Below, one piece after another: positions 35,443 to 46,282 of a DNA stretch of 64,000 bases; positions within the stretch are counted from its first letter, which is position 1; each line of letters begins with the position of its first letter. The stretch covers positions 38,913 through 102,912 of the forward strand of contig JAKMXF010000350.1 of NCBI GenBank assembly GCA_024704765.1, given 5' to 3'. The notes below the pieces were generated by a model that did no database searches, was not told the origin of the DNA, and was given only the letters and a program-made list of their open reading frames with translations. This DNA comes from Oopsacas minuta (taxonomy: Eukaryota; Animalia; Porifera). The position numbers were made by a program, and so were the translations under genes.

Positions 35443-37953
35443 CTATAATACAAAGTAATAATTTGTTACTTTCATAAAACTAACAACACTGATTGCAATA
35501 ACTAAATTAACAGAGTGACATATCTCATACAAGAACTTAGGTGCAAATACGCTCCAAACGAATAGATGGTATCTGAATGTATGCATTACAAGAAGATATA
35601 TGAATAGTGTGTAGAGACGGAATGATAAGAATAGATGCAATTGAGACCAGAGGAGCTTAGGATTCAAATGTGCGAAATGAAAAGATAGAGTTATAAAGAA
35701 CATAGAGAATACAGACAGATATGTTTGAATTGTAGCTCTTGGCTCGTAATGTGAGCTCATTCCTTTAAACCCAGCCCCCAGATCTACACTAGCGAAGTGA
35801 TTAGAATTACCGCAGGCATAATGTGTAGCATAGCACACCCATAATATATATACAGTAATGGTGTATCCTCTGCTACTCCTCAGTAGTATGTATGGGTATA
35901 GTATAGCATGTGATATCAGTGTTATCAATAGGATAAGGCTATAATAAGGCTTTGTTAGCATCAGGAATACTACCTGTAATCCTGTGAACAAACCAAACAG
36001 TAGGTTGGATTCTCTTGTATAGGACATGACTAATAATAATGTTAATAAGAGGATAAACCAACTCTGCCACACACCATGAGAATACTTCACTAGTTGACCA
36101 GTCATCGTCACCTCTCCAATGACAAGTTTAAAGTATAGAATAGCAAGTAGAGATCCAATAAACAGCAGTTTATTGTGTGTACTAGCTCTTCTTATCAAGA
36201 AAGCATTATTCATAATACAAATAGTGAATAGTGTATAGGAATACCCTACTAGATAATAAAAGTCATTTCCTTCTCTCTCTAACCAAGTACTAATATCCTC
36301 AAGATGTATCCAGTTTATTCCAGTCTGTTTCAATGAGACCATAAGCTTAGAACATACCACCAGCATGATAAAGCATACAACACTTGTAACACCTGCAGTA
36401 TTAGCTGTAGAACTGATAAGCAGTATAAACTGGAAAGTAGTTAGCCAGTAATACCAGAGATTGTGTTCTTCTTCCACACAACTACTGGAGAATAGCAGAA
36501 TAGGATATAGCAAGCTACCACACACTAATACCTGTGTACAACCAGATGACACAAACATACAAATCACAGCTCTCTTATAATAATATACTTCATGTCTGAG
36601 TATGTATATCCAAACAAAGAATACGATCACTAGGAGGTAAGCACACAGGAAGAATAGAAATATAGAAATAACTATAATACAGTATCTGTGAGGTAGTCTA
36701 TGGGTTATGAAGCGTGGATACTCTAATACTAATCTCAACAGAATACTTACACTCAACTCTAGTGTAACAGCTAGTATGAATAATCCAGAATAGAGATATA
36801 CGTGATCATACTCACTAGTCGTAGATAGCAATGCATTTTGTACTAATCTAGCTTGTTCTACTAATAATTCCAAACTAGTTTCTAGTGACTTATCCAAACA
36901 CTTATACTCATCTCTCTGAGATGGTTTCAACAGTCTACACAGATGTAATATGTTATTTCTAACTACTATCAGCTGATCCTGTTCACTAAGCTCACTCAAC
37001 AACTCTGGTATAACCACACCCACACTCTCTAGAGGAATACTCAATCCCATCAGTACAGCTAAGGTAGAAGTAATGTCTATCTGCATTATGACGTCATCTA
37101 TATTAGATGTAATATTATCATTATTGAATAGAGAACTTATAAACAGGAGAGGGACTAATGTCTCGTCTCTTGTCGCCCCACCGTGACTCCCTGTAACACT
37201 CATCCCATGATCTCCTAGAGCTACTAACAAACTCCTATCCTCACTTACCGCTGCGAACACTCTACTGATTATATCATCCATCTCTCTCAATTTAATATCA
37301 ATCAACTGGCTTCTGCTACCAAAAGTGTGTCCTATATGATCTAGTCCTAGATAGTGTAGAATCATAACGTCCCAGTCCTTATTAGCTAGTTCTCTGGGGA
37401 GATGACGTGTCACGTTGTTATCTACCTCTGTAAAGTCATTAACAAAGAAGGATACAGTACCATCTTGTCGCATGAAGCTATCTGGAAATAGTTTTATCCA
37501 AGTATCATCTCCATAGAATACAATTCTCTTATTCGTAGCTACTAGTTGTGTGATGATATTATCTTGCTTGAGAGCTGGAGATGAGATCTGAGTTATCATA
37601 TCGAAGAATCCGGGAACTGTTCCGGTTGTGAGAGCCTTGATACGAGGGAGTGTTACTGTAGGTGCGTGAGCATGTCCTGTGAAACATCTCGCAGAATTAT
37701 TCGATAGCATACCACTAACAAAACTCATCGGAGAGTTTGGTGATAGCACAAAATCATATCTAAGAGCATCGATAACAATGATTACCAGTTTGTCATAAAG
37801 AGGAGGGATATGAGGCTGGTGGTGTGTAGGGGGGACAGATTCTATTGAATGAGAGAGATTGAGTGGGAAATATCCTAGGAAGAATGTAGATAATCCAATA
37901 CAACTAAATATTAATAGAGATAGTGTGTGTGGGTATAGTCTGTGTTCTCTCAT
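35443..37953 (-). CDS. GPI ethanolamine-phosphate transferase (PIGO/PIGG/GPI7-GPI13 family)
   Basis: 836 aa. The N-terminal alkaline-phosphatase/sulfatase-like domain carries IDALRYDF and LGDHGM...HGG motifs. About 12 hydrophobic transmembrane segments follow. Confidence 0.7.
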   Translation of the reverse strand: MREHRLYPHTLSLLIFSCIGLSTFFLGYFPLNLSHSIESVPPTHHQPHIPPLYDKLVIIVIDALRYDFVLSPNSPMSFVSGMLSNNSARCFTGHAHAPTVTLPRIKALTTGTVPGFFDMITQISSPALKQDNIITQLVATNKRIVFYGDDTWIKLFPDSFMRQDGTVSFFVNDFTEVDNNVTRHLPRELANKDWDVMILHYLGLDHIGHTFGSRSQLIDIKLREMDDIISRVFAAVSEDRSLLVALGDHGMSVTGSHGGATRDETLVPLLFISSLFNNDNITSNIDDVIMQIDITSTLAVLMGLSIPLESVGVVIPELLSELSEQDQLIVVRNNILHLCRLLKPSQRDEYKCLDKSLETSLELLVEQARLVQNALLSTTSEYDHVYLYSGLFILAVTLELSVSILLRLVLEYPRFITHRLPHRYCIIVISIFLFFLCAYLLVIVFFVWIYILRHEVYYYKRAVICMFVSSGCTQVLVCGSLLYPILLFSSSCVEEEHNLWYYWLTTFQFILLISSTANTAGVTSVVCFIMLVVCSKLMVSLKQTGINWIHLEDISTWLEREGNDFYYLVGYSYTLFTICIMNNAFLIRRASTHNKLLFIGSLLAILYFKLVIGEVTMTGQLVKYSHGVWQSWFILLLTLLLVMSYTRESNLLFGLFTGLQVVFLMLTKPYYSLILLITLISHAILYPYILLRSSRGYTITVYILWVCYATHYACGNSNHFASVDLGAGFKGMSSHYEPRATIQTYLSVFSMFFITLSFHFAHLNPKLLWSQLHLFLSFRLYTLFIYLLVMHTFRYHLFVWSVFAPKFLYEICHSVNLVIAISVVSFMKVTNYYFVL

Positions 37954-38417
37954 CCCTCTGGCCCGTAGGTAGCACTAGTATCGAGCTATTTAGCATTCTA
38001 ATTAATAGATAAGGTGTCTTAGTAGTCAAATGTGATAATTATATAATGAATAATTACATTAATTTTTACAAGTATTAAGTTTCTTTATCCGTTGACGGAA
38101 AGATGGTCGCGGAAGAATTTACACGAGCTATTTGTGTCGGAGTAAATTCGTAGTTGTTCTAGGCCTTTGAGGCACTACTGGATTGTTTTGGTGGGGATTT
38201 ACCCTGGAATATTGGCCATACCTGCTTGGATGTTGTTCCAGATAATTTTGAGGAACTCCTGCGATGGTTGGGGTGGAGATCTACCCTGAATTATTGTTTA
38301 TACCTGCATGGATGCTTCCGCCACCAACTTTCGGCCATTCATCATTATCACAGGGCCGTAGGTGCCGGTGTGGGGCTCGCCACACCAATAATTCAGAATT
38401 TCTATTATTATTATGAA

Positions 38418-38422
38418 TGGTC
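38418..38422. repeat. Target-site duplication TGGTC (left copy) of the Transib insertion; right copy at 41716-41720
   Basis: Direct read of the 5 bp immediately outside each terminal repeat. Confidence 0.8.
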
Positions 38423-38824
38423 CACAGTGGTTTAATAGGGCAGTTAGTAAAGAATAGCTATTTTGGTGTGAGATAGCCATATGAAATGTATTATTTACAT
38501 ATAGATTATTATATATAAGGAACCAGTACAGCTTGTCATAACAAGTATATGGCCTAAAATTTCCAAGTTATGACGTCATTGATATATGTGAAATTTTAAA
38601 TTTTCTTCAATAAATACATTTTACTCGACTTTATCGCCATGAAATCTATTGATTACATATGGGTTATCCGTATTTGGCAATCACCTTGAACTTAAAATTT
38701 TGTTGTAGGGCTTGTATTTATAGAGTTATGACGTCACACTTATGATGGAATTTATCTTATTGATTTACAAAATATACATTATATTCATACTTAAGTTCAT
38801 GATAGGCAATCTGTATTGGAGGTT

Positions 38825-39548
38825 TCAAGTCGTGAATAAAGTCTGTATACTAGTTTTCTGATTGTTCATAGCACTGCAGCGTTTAGATCTCGTTGTGTGT
38901 ACAGATTGACCACATCGTTCACAAGTCAAAATTCTTCGATAGTTTACTAAGGTTGGATCACTTTGAGAAGTTAATCTGACGAAGATATCCATATTATTGG
39001 TCTCAAAACTAACTTTACGAGCTAAATTCTCCCCATATTTTCTAACTAATTTGTTGCATGATTCTGTGCCTTCTTCTGAAAATGCCTTTAAGCCATAGCT
39101 AGAATTCGACTCACGTATTAACTCCTCGGAATGGGCCAAGAGCTTGTGCAGGGTTGGAGTCAAGCTAGCCCAGGGGAAAGAATCTAAGATGACAAGGTAG
39201 GTATCCTTGCACCACTTCCCCAATTCCAAAGTGTTAACCTTGTGACTTGAATTGAAAACCCGAAGAATGGCTGAAAGCTGAGTATGTATATTTGATAAGA
39301 TTGGGCGATATTGTATTGCTACAGTTGATAGAATGCATTCAAGGTATTCAGTTTCATCAGAAAAGGCTCTTCTAGCAACATTCCCTGTTGAGGTGGTTCC
39401 ACCGCTAGAATTAGGCTGGTCAACCTTTAATCCTGTCTTCTCCTGAATAAATGTTTGAAGGAATTTCATTGACTCCTTGATAACTGGTGAAGTTGGGGAC
39501 CAGGTAAACTTTTCGATGCGAAGATGATAAACCAGCAAATTGAACCAC
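38825..39548 (-). CDS. RAG1-like/Transib transposase, exon 2
   Basis: A 64-bp GT-AG intron (39549-39612) joins ...TGVFR|WFNLLVYHL in frame. HKLLAHSEELIRESNSSYGLKAFSEEGTESCNKLVRKYGENLARKVS aligns to RAG1 [43 protein letters not shown], which contains the third catalytic residue E962. There is a C-terminal CxxC...H...C cluster. Confidence 0.8.
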
Positions 39549-39612
39549 CTAAAATTGGTTTAATTATGTGAAGACAAATTCTGAATGATTAATGGAGTAC
39601 TAGATTACTTAC

Positions 39613-41042
39613 CTAAATACGCCTGTGTATGAATGAAGTGGAGATGCTGGATGTATGTTAATCTCTGAAATTGGTTGATGAGTTGAATTGAAGCGTTCAT
39701 TAGTCGAAAGAGCAAAGAACGACTCAATGTCATCAATGTGCGAAAATAACTCGATTGCATCTGTGATATTTCTGTTGATGGGGAACCCTTCAAGAACTAA
39801 ATTCCGGTCCTTCAAATCTTTATGTGTGGCAGTGCACATCTGACAACTGGCTCCTCCAGCTCCAGAGAGAATGGCTGCCATCTTCTTATCAAACATTGAG
39901 CGGATAATATCGACATTGACAACACCATTTTCTAAAGGAATCCCATTTTGCAACATCGCTATATCGGGATTAATCATAGTCTCCATGAAGGAACGAATAT
40001 TTTCTTCGCATTCTGTCGCAGCGCAGAGAAAAATAGGTCTTTGAGCGAAGGGTGAATTAGGGGATTTATTCTGCCAAACAATCCTGTTTGTTACAGTGTG
40101 GATGGAGATGGGCTTGAAACAAAACAGAATGAAGTTTTTGGTGAAAGTATTAGTTGTCTGCTGGTTGTAGATAGTGTGACAACCAGAACCATCTAAGCCA
40201 TCTGCGATTTTAAATGTGAGTGGGAATTCTTCACTTGTGGGGCGATCTACCATTGATAATATTCTTTCCAGGGTTTTCTGAACTTGAAGACAATATGGTG
40301 CGTGTATACCTATTAGTTTAGCTGGATTAGGATATAAAGTTATACTGGATCGCGAAATCATGACATCTCTCAGATTAGCTAGCTTGCTGTAAGATGGGAA
40401 ATGTATATTGTCTGGTAGAAGTGTTTGACGTAATTGAGTGTATTTTCGTCTGCCCACTTCAAGTAAATCTAGCAGGAATAAGGCTTTATCAACTGGAACA
40501 TGCTTGTTACTGAGGTTACAGAATCCTCCACTGACAATAATCTCTTTGGCCACCGTAGCAACCTGACGATTATTCTCCTCATTTGCCAATAGTTGTAATG
40601 AGAGTGCTGCAATGCTTATTTCTGTAGTATTCTCAATAACTGAGAGTGACTTAATGCATTCTAGCGGACTTGACAATCGAGTACGCTGTTGTTGCAGAGA
40701 GAGATCATCAAGATGCTTTCTATGACTCACTGAATGAATGGGAACTTCACCATCATCAGAAGACGACTCTAGTAAATCAGAAACACGATTTTTCTTTAAC
40801 TCAGGTTTCATGGAAATGTTAGAATGCCACCATTCTCCTTCTAAACAATCTAAAGATCTCTTCGCCTTCTTGAATCTGTCCCGAATTCTTAACAGCAACG
40901 TTTCCAAGAGTTTCGTATTATCAGAGTCTATTTCAAAGTGTTCTTTGAAATATTTTGTCGTTTTCAAGATACAATTATTATTGTCTTTCAGGATTCTTGC
41001 CAATTCGAGGCGGGACTTTGGGAAAGTTAACTCTTCTGTCAT
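39613..41042 (-). CDS. RAG1-like/Transib transposase, exon 1
   Basis: ADGLDGSGCH matches the RAG1 ESCDGMGD first catalytic Asp region. GGASCQMCTATHKDLKDRNLV matches RAG1 [22 protein letters not shown] (zinc C-x2-C). The first ATG is MTEELTF. The exon ends at donor AG|GTAAGT. Confidence 0.8.
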
Positions 41043-42402
41043 TGTTTTCAAGAAATTACGAAAAATATGTTGTATTATTCAGTAGATTATATATATAAGT
41101 CACTATAATAAATTTCAAGAACGAAATTCAATACTATTTCATTCCATTGTTGCAGTATGCTACAATGGGAATTTCCTAGCAACGAAAAGTTGTAATGGAA
41201 TGTCATTGAAAATTATAGGTTGCGCACTGTTTCGGGTTTTGTGGTTTTAGATTACGTTTTTAGGAATCGTAATGCGTGTATCCGATTCATTTTGCGCTGT
41301 TGTTTTGTGTTGTTTATTTTTCCTGACACTTTAAGTATTCCTCTTTGTAAAAATTCTGTATGGATTTTACTAGATTTTAGAAATCTTATGTTCACGAAAT
41401 GTATACAAGATACGGTCATGGAAACAAGATATTTAGAATTAGCATAGTCGAAATATATAAAGTATACCAGATTAGTAACATTCGATTATGTAATTGCTCT
41501 TACAGGTTCATTTGAAATTGTGGCTAAATTTGGAAATCATGAAGCCGCAATTTTCCTATAAATATTTTGCATCTTTGATGAAGAAATTTTACAGCTTCTA
41601 GGGTCTCAATCGCTTAGATATTTTAAATGAGAATCATTTAAACAATATAAAATGAAAAGAAACCATCAAATACGGAATCAATTTTTTGTCTATTCTTTGC
41701 TTCTAAACCACTGTGTGGTCATATGTGAGGAATGCACCACCAAAATCAATGTACCTCTCCGCACCAATATTAGTTGCTCCTGACGTCTCTGTATCATAAT
41801 ACAAACAGAATGTCAGTAATGTAGTATTGCTTTTAGCAGATGAACCTCCAATATCAAAAAATGAAAAATGAATATCATAGACATAAGTCATATAATAAAC
41901 GTAACGGTTCCGAATATTTAGTACCTAAGTCAGGGAGTTATACAGGTTATTAGGAATACACTGCTCCCAAATTTTCATACTCTTAAATCAGTAAATTAGT
42001 GTTATTGTACAGTGGATGCCGGTTATAAGGACACTTCATATAATGTTTTAAACACATGTGGACATTATTATAGAAAACTGTTCTCATATATATTGTATAA
42101 TTTATTCCGATTTTACAAACATACCGGTAATAAGGACCAATTTTATTACTATTCTAAGAGCTGACTCTTTGAATTAAGAAGTGAAGAGACCGAGGTTCCC
42201 CCGTGACTTGTTTTATTCTGTTACCTAAATCTTTACAATTTACAAGTCCACTGAAACTAAACATATCTCAGCAATTTGGCGAGAAATCCATAAAATGGGA
42301 CACAAACGATAATGGAAAAGACCCAGCTGAACTAAGGAAGACAAGTAGAATTTGAAACATTCGATTGATAAACAAAACCAATAAACAATGAAAATGATTA
42401 AA

Positions 42403-44127
42403 TTATGTTTTTCTCTTGGTTTTCTGAAACCTTTGAATATGCTTCCTCCTAGTTTTATAAGATAATTTAGTAACAACTCTAATGGGTTTCCTCTTCCTAG
42501 CCTTTCTAGCTCTCTTCTCTCTTTTCCCAGGTTTCTTTAACTCTAACATCCATGGTTCAACAGAGTGTCCTGATTGATGAATAGCAGTAGCAATACTCCT
42601 CAGATTATTGATGTCTCCCTCAGTGAATAAGGTAATAGCTCTCCCAGGTCTACCAGCTCTTCCTGTACGTCCCACACGATGTATGTATGATATCAGAGAG
42701 CATGGCATATCGAAGTTAATAACCATATTAACACCTTTGAAGTCCATTCCTCTAGCTACCAGCTCTGTAGCTATTAAGACCCATAGCTTACCAGCACGGA
42801 ACGCCTTCACTACATTGTCTCTCTGTGCCTGTGTACGCTCCGAGTGTATGACGTCAGCATTAATCCCATCGTATATCAGCTCACGCATGAGGTCTTTAGC
42901 TCTCTCTACTGTCTCTAGGAATATCAGTACAGGAGGGTGTAGATCTCCTTCTTGCACCATTTGACGGATAGCAAGTAGCTTACCGTCCTCACTGCCTACA
43001 AACTTAAGCTCTTGTTCAACCAGACTACACGCGGAATTTCTCACCCCCACAGTGACTCTAACGTAGTTAGGCAGGTGAGCTCTACACCACTCGTCCACCT
43101 TATCTGGTAGTGTAGCTGAGAATAGACCTAGTCTAATATCTGGATGAGAGCAAGCAGTGAGAATAGCAGATATCTGTTCTACGAAGGGCTGCTTGCTTTG
43201 AGCCTCAAATAACTTATCAGCTTCATCCAGTACTAGCCAGCGGACTGATTTGAGTGACACCCCAGGGGGGTCGGTAGACAGGAGGGACAGTAACCTCTTT
43301 GGAGTAGCTACAAGGATATCAAGCCTTAGAGCACCAGCTGGCGAGTATATCTGAGCAGCTGATGAGGACTTGGTTAGAAGATGGATTTGGAACTTAACGC
43401 CTATAGACAGACGTATGAACTCTCTGTATATCTGAGCGGCTAACTCACGGGTAGGGGTAAGCACGAGTGCACGGAATCCAACTCTCTGAGGCTGGTGGAG
43501 GCTAGATAAGATAGGTAGTACGAATGCTGCGGTCTTACCAGATCCTGTAGGAGCACAACAGAGCACATCTCTGTTATGCATCATTAGAGGAATAGCCTGC
43601 ATCTGTATAGGGGTAGGAGACATAAACCCTGATTGAATGAGGTTATCCAGGAGACAGCACGGCATTTGAGAAGTGTAGTTGTCATGGAGAGATTGGAATG
43701 TATCATGTGGGGCTGGTATATCACTGCCTTTAACATGTATTTTATATTGCTTACGTAACAGAGCAGATTGATCAGGGAGAGGGTCAGATTTCTGAGTTAG
43801 CTTTATCTTCTTAGATCTAGATAGTGTGTTATCTGATAGCAGTTGTATGGTATCCTCTGTTTCTGCGGAATCTAACACATTCCCAATAGATTCACTAATC
43901 TCTACAGACTCACTCAGTTTATGCTTCTTTCGTTTTCTTTTAGAGGAATCAGACTGTTTTTCAGTTTGAGACATATCTTCAAAGAAATCCAGAGCTCTCT
44001 TTGGATCAATATCTGATGTCTGGACATGTGTATTAGCAATAAACTGATTGAGAACATCTTTGTTTGATTTACTATTGAAACTGGTTCCTACCCTCAGTCT
44101 CTTGAATAGATTGTTTGTGTCTACCAT
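42403..44127 (-). CDS. DDX52: DEAD-box RNA helicase DDX52/ROK1-like
   Basis: 574 aa carrying the Q-motif, GSGKTAAF, PTRELA, LVLDEADKLFE, SAT and HRVGRTGRAGR motifs, with a basic KR-rich C-terminal tail. The overall layout is like DDX52/Rok1. Confidence 0.8.
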   Translation of the reverse strand: MVDTNNLFKRLRVGTSFNSKSNKDVLNQFIANTHVQTSDIDPKRALDFFEDMSQTEKQSDSSKRKRKKHKLSESVEISESIGNVLDSAETEDTIQLLSDNTLSRSKKIKLTQKSDPLPDQSALLRKQYKIHVKGSDIPAPHDTFQSLHDNYTSQMPCCLLDNLIQSGFMSPTPIQMQAIPLMMHNRDVLCCAPTGSGKTAAFVLPILSSLHQPQRVGFRALVLTPTRELAAQIYREFIRLSIGVKFQIHLLTKSSSAAQIYSPAGALRLDILVATPKRLLSLLSTDPPGVSLKSVRWLVLDEADKLFEAQSKQPFVEQISAILTACSHPDIRLGLFSATLPDKVDEWCRAHLPNYVRVTVGVRNSACSLVEQELKFVGSEDGKLLAIRQMVQEGDLHPPVLIFLETVERAKDLMRELIYDGINADVIHSERTQAQRDNVVKAFRAGKLWVLIATELVARGMDFKGVNMVINFDMPCSLISYIHRVGRTGRAGRPGRAITLFTEGDINNLRSIATAIHQSGHSVEPWMLELKKPGKREKRARKARKRKPIRVVTKLSYKTRRKHIQRFQKTKRKT

Positions 44128-44405
44128 TAAATAAACTTATAAACAGTAAACTCAAAAAGTAGTACGTAATCCCGGGGTTTGGCTTATGAATCAGGGAAAT
44201 ATAATATTGGATATTTATGGCTTTTCTCATTAAAGAGGGAAATTTCGGGATACGGACAGTTCGCTAATGGACACTTTGCTATATTGTTAGTGAGGCTTAC
44301 ATAGAGAAATGTCATGTGTATCTAATAATCAATATATTCATCCATAGCATGCAATGGTATATAGTAAATTTTATTTTAACTAAATAAATCAGAATACAAG
44401 AGTCA

Positions 44406-44429
44406 CCCGAAGAGGGTACCTTCTTCGGG
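44406..44429 (-). promoter_or_regulatory. 24-bp near-perfect palindrome cccgaagagggtaccttcttcggg ~280 bp upstream of DDX52-like ATG
   Basis: Centred on GGTACC, with one mismatch between the arms. Confidence 0.3.
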
Positions 44430-44555
44430 GACTAAGTGTTCGAAGGCTGTACAGCGATAGCCAGCATGAGCCTGCTAGTTAATATTATATATCGAAAATA
44501 CATTTTCGATTTATTTATTCAGCGAATGGATAGCGGAGTAAACATGTAAGCATGT

Positions 44556-45065
44556 TAAATCTATATTATTAAATCTCAATTGTTGTCTGTTTGTTTGTCC
44601 GTTGTCAAGGAAAGGATTTACGGTATGCGATTATGAAATTGTCTCATAGCTATGTATTAATCGTGTTTATCAAGGGAGTAAATAGAATTCAAAAAACTTC
44701 ACTAAATATATCGAACAAGCTGAATCTGATTTTCACACTTTTGGATTAATCACATGTAAATTTATTGTTGTTTTATGAAAGTAAAGTAAACAAATTATCC
44801 AAATCTCAAAATATATGTAGAGACTTGCTATTAACACAGCAACAATGGGGTAATCAAGATCAAGTAGACTTAACCCGAATTTCACATATATTCAAGTTTC
44901 TCATATGCGAATTTATTGTTGTTTATATGAATATAAAGTAAACAAATCATTGAAATCTTAAAATACAGGTAGGCTGAATCCGAATTTTGTATATTAAAGT
45001 TTCTTATTAAATTTAATATATGTAATTTTATTGTTGTATTTATGAATATACAGTAGACTCCGCTT
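44556..45065. repeat. Family A element copy plus ~120-150-bp tandem subrepeats (units ending tttattgttgttt(t)atgaatataaagtaaacaaat)
   Basis: It shares the 5' terminus with the other A copies. Three tandem units begin near 44761, 44912 and 45028. Confidence 0.7.
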
Positions 45066-45713
45066 AATAGAGCCACCAGTAAATTGAGTAAAGCTGAATA
45101 ATCGGGTCACAATGGCCACCAGGTCCGATGTGACCCTATTAAGCGAAATCTACAGTATGATAACCGAATCATTAAAATATTTAAATAAGGCCATGTAATA
45201 TAAATTACTGGTTTCTCATCCGGAATTTCTTCAGGAACTGGGACGGCGGACGGTATTCTATTTTTTATAAGCCAGTTATTATGTAAATAAGATGACTCTT
45301 CGATTATTCGATTATCTCATCATTTACTTCCTGGACAGAAAGATATTGAATTTGTTCAAATATACAAGTATTAAAATGTGGATTGCACACTCTGTAACCA
45401 AAGAACTATCCATAAATTTGGAAAGAATACAAATAAATCTGTCCGGACGGGGACAAATTTTGGGACGGAAGGGATGAGAAACAAGTATATTACTTCACAT
45501 GGCCTAAGCGTAGAGACTGACTCTTTTCTGAATTAGTATAATAGCTGCAGGTGTAACTGAACAATCTGTTTAATGAATAATTGTTATATAATCCTATAGG
45601 AATCCGCTACATCAATATGGAGAGTAGTAATACTGCAAATACATTCTTACATTTGAATACTTTATCAGTAGATTGGGTTAGAGGTAGAACAAACACATTT
45701 GTTGAATATTGTC

Positions 45714-45715
<2 letters not shown>

Positions 45716-45750
<35 letters not shown>

Positions 45751-45751
45751 G
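45716..45751. repeat. (AAT)12 microsatellite
   Basis: Direct read. A second (AAT)n lies at about 46190-46215. Confidence 0.9.
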
Positions 45752-46282
45752 TATACAACAAATCTTTACGATTCAAGAACCTTTCTACGAAACTATTAGT
45801 CAACCACCTAACGAAGAACCCGATAATACTCCAGATGTCACAATCAATACCACAATTACAACTGATTTAGAATATATTAGTTCAGAAAATTCAAATGATC
45901 ATCTCTAAACCAACATGATTACATAGCCTGTCAGCAATCAACTTTTTCAGAAACCACCATTGCTCAAATCCACTTTATATAGTAACTCCCATAAATAATA
46001 TTAGTAAGCCCATATACGCTTTATCATCCTTTGTTACTCAGAAATCTAGAATGTTCCTTCAAACCTTAGAATAGCAGCAATCAGTTATATTTAGTACTAT
46101 AGTTGTGTTTGTACTGATGAGCTGGATAAATAGCCAGCGAAACAAATTATGTTATTGTCTACTACTATTAAATCTACATATACTCTTAGTTAATAATAAT
46201 AATAATAATAATAATGCGAAATAATAAAAACAAAAATATATAAAAAATGTTAACAATCAATTATCAAATTAATTCTCCTTCC

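Larger units (their letters stand above)
38423..41715 (-). mobile_element. Transib-superfamily DNA transposon (RAG1-like transposase), apparently intact, with RSS-heptamer TIRs and 5-bp TSD
   Basis: The 12-bp perfect terminal inverted repeats CACAGTGGTTTA (38423-38434) and TAAACCACTGTG (41704-41715) match exactly. Identical TGGTC pentamers flank the element at 38418-38422 and 41716-41720; a 5-bp TSD is the Transib hallmark. Inside is a two-exon ORF homologous to the RAG1 core. Further in from the termini, an AAAGAATAG block sits about 27 nt in from the left end and about 16 nt in from the right end. Confidence 0.85.

Noticed and set aside
39605-39793. 62-aa ORF overlapping the end of transposase exon 1
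   Set aside because: It is an alternative frame of the same strand across the splice donor. It is explained by the 64-bp intron.
41703-41891. 62-aa minus-strand ORF just outside the Transib right end
   Set aside because: It reads through the TSD and into the terminal inverted repeat. It has no homology and low complexity, so it is probably a chance ORF.
42240-42476. 78-aa ORF overlapping the 3' end of DDX52
   Set aside because: It is in a different frame of the same strand, overlaps the helicase C-terminal basic tail, and has no support.
44700-45065. Regularly spaced ~120-150-bp repeats considered as a possible CRISPR-like array
   Set aside because: The units are AT-rich, imperfect, and lack unique spacers. 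The context is eukaryotic with spliceosomal introns. They are subrepeats of MITE family A.
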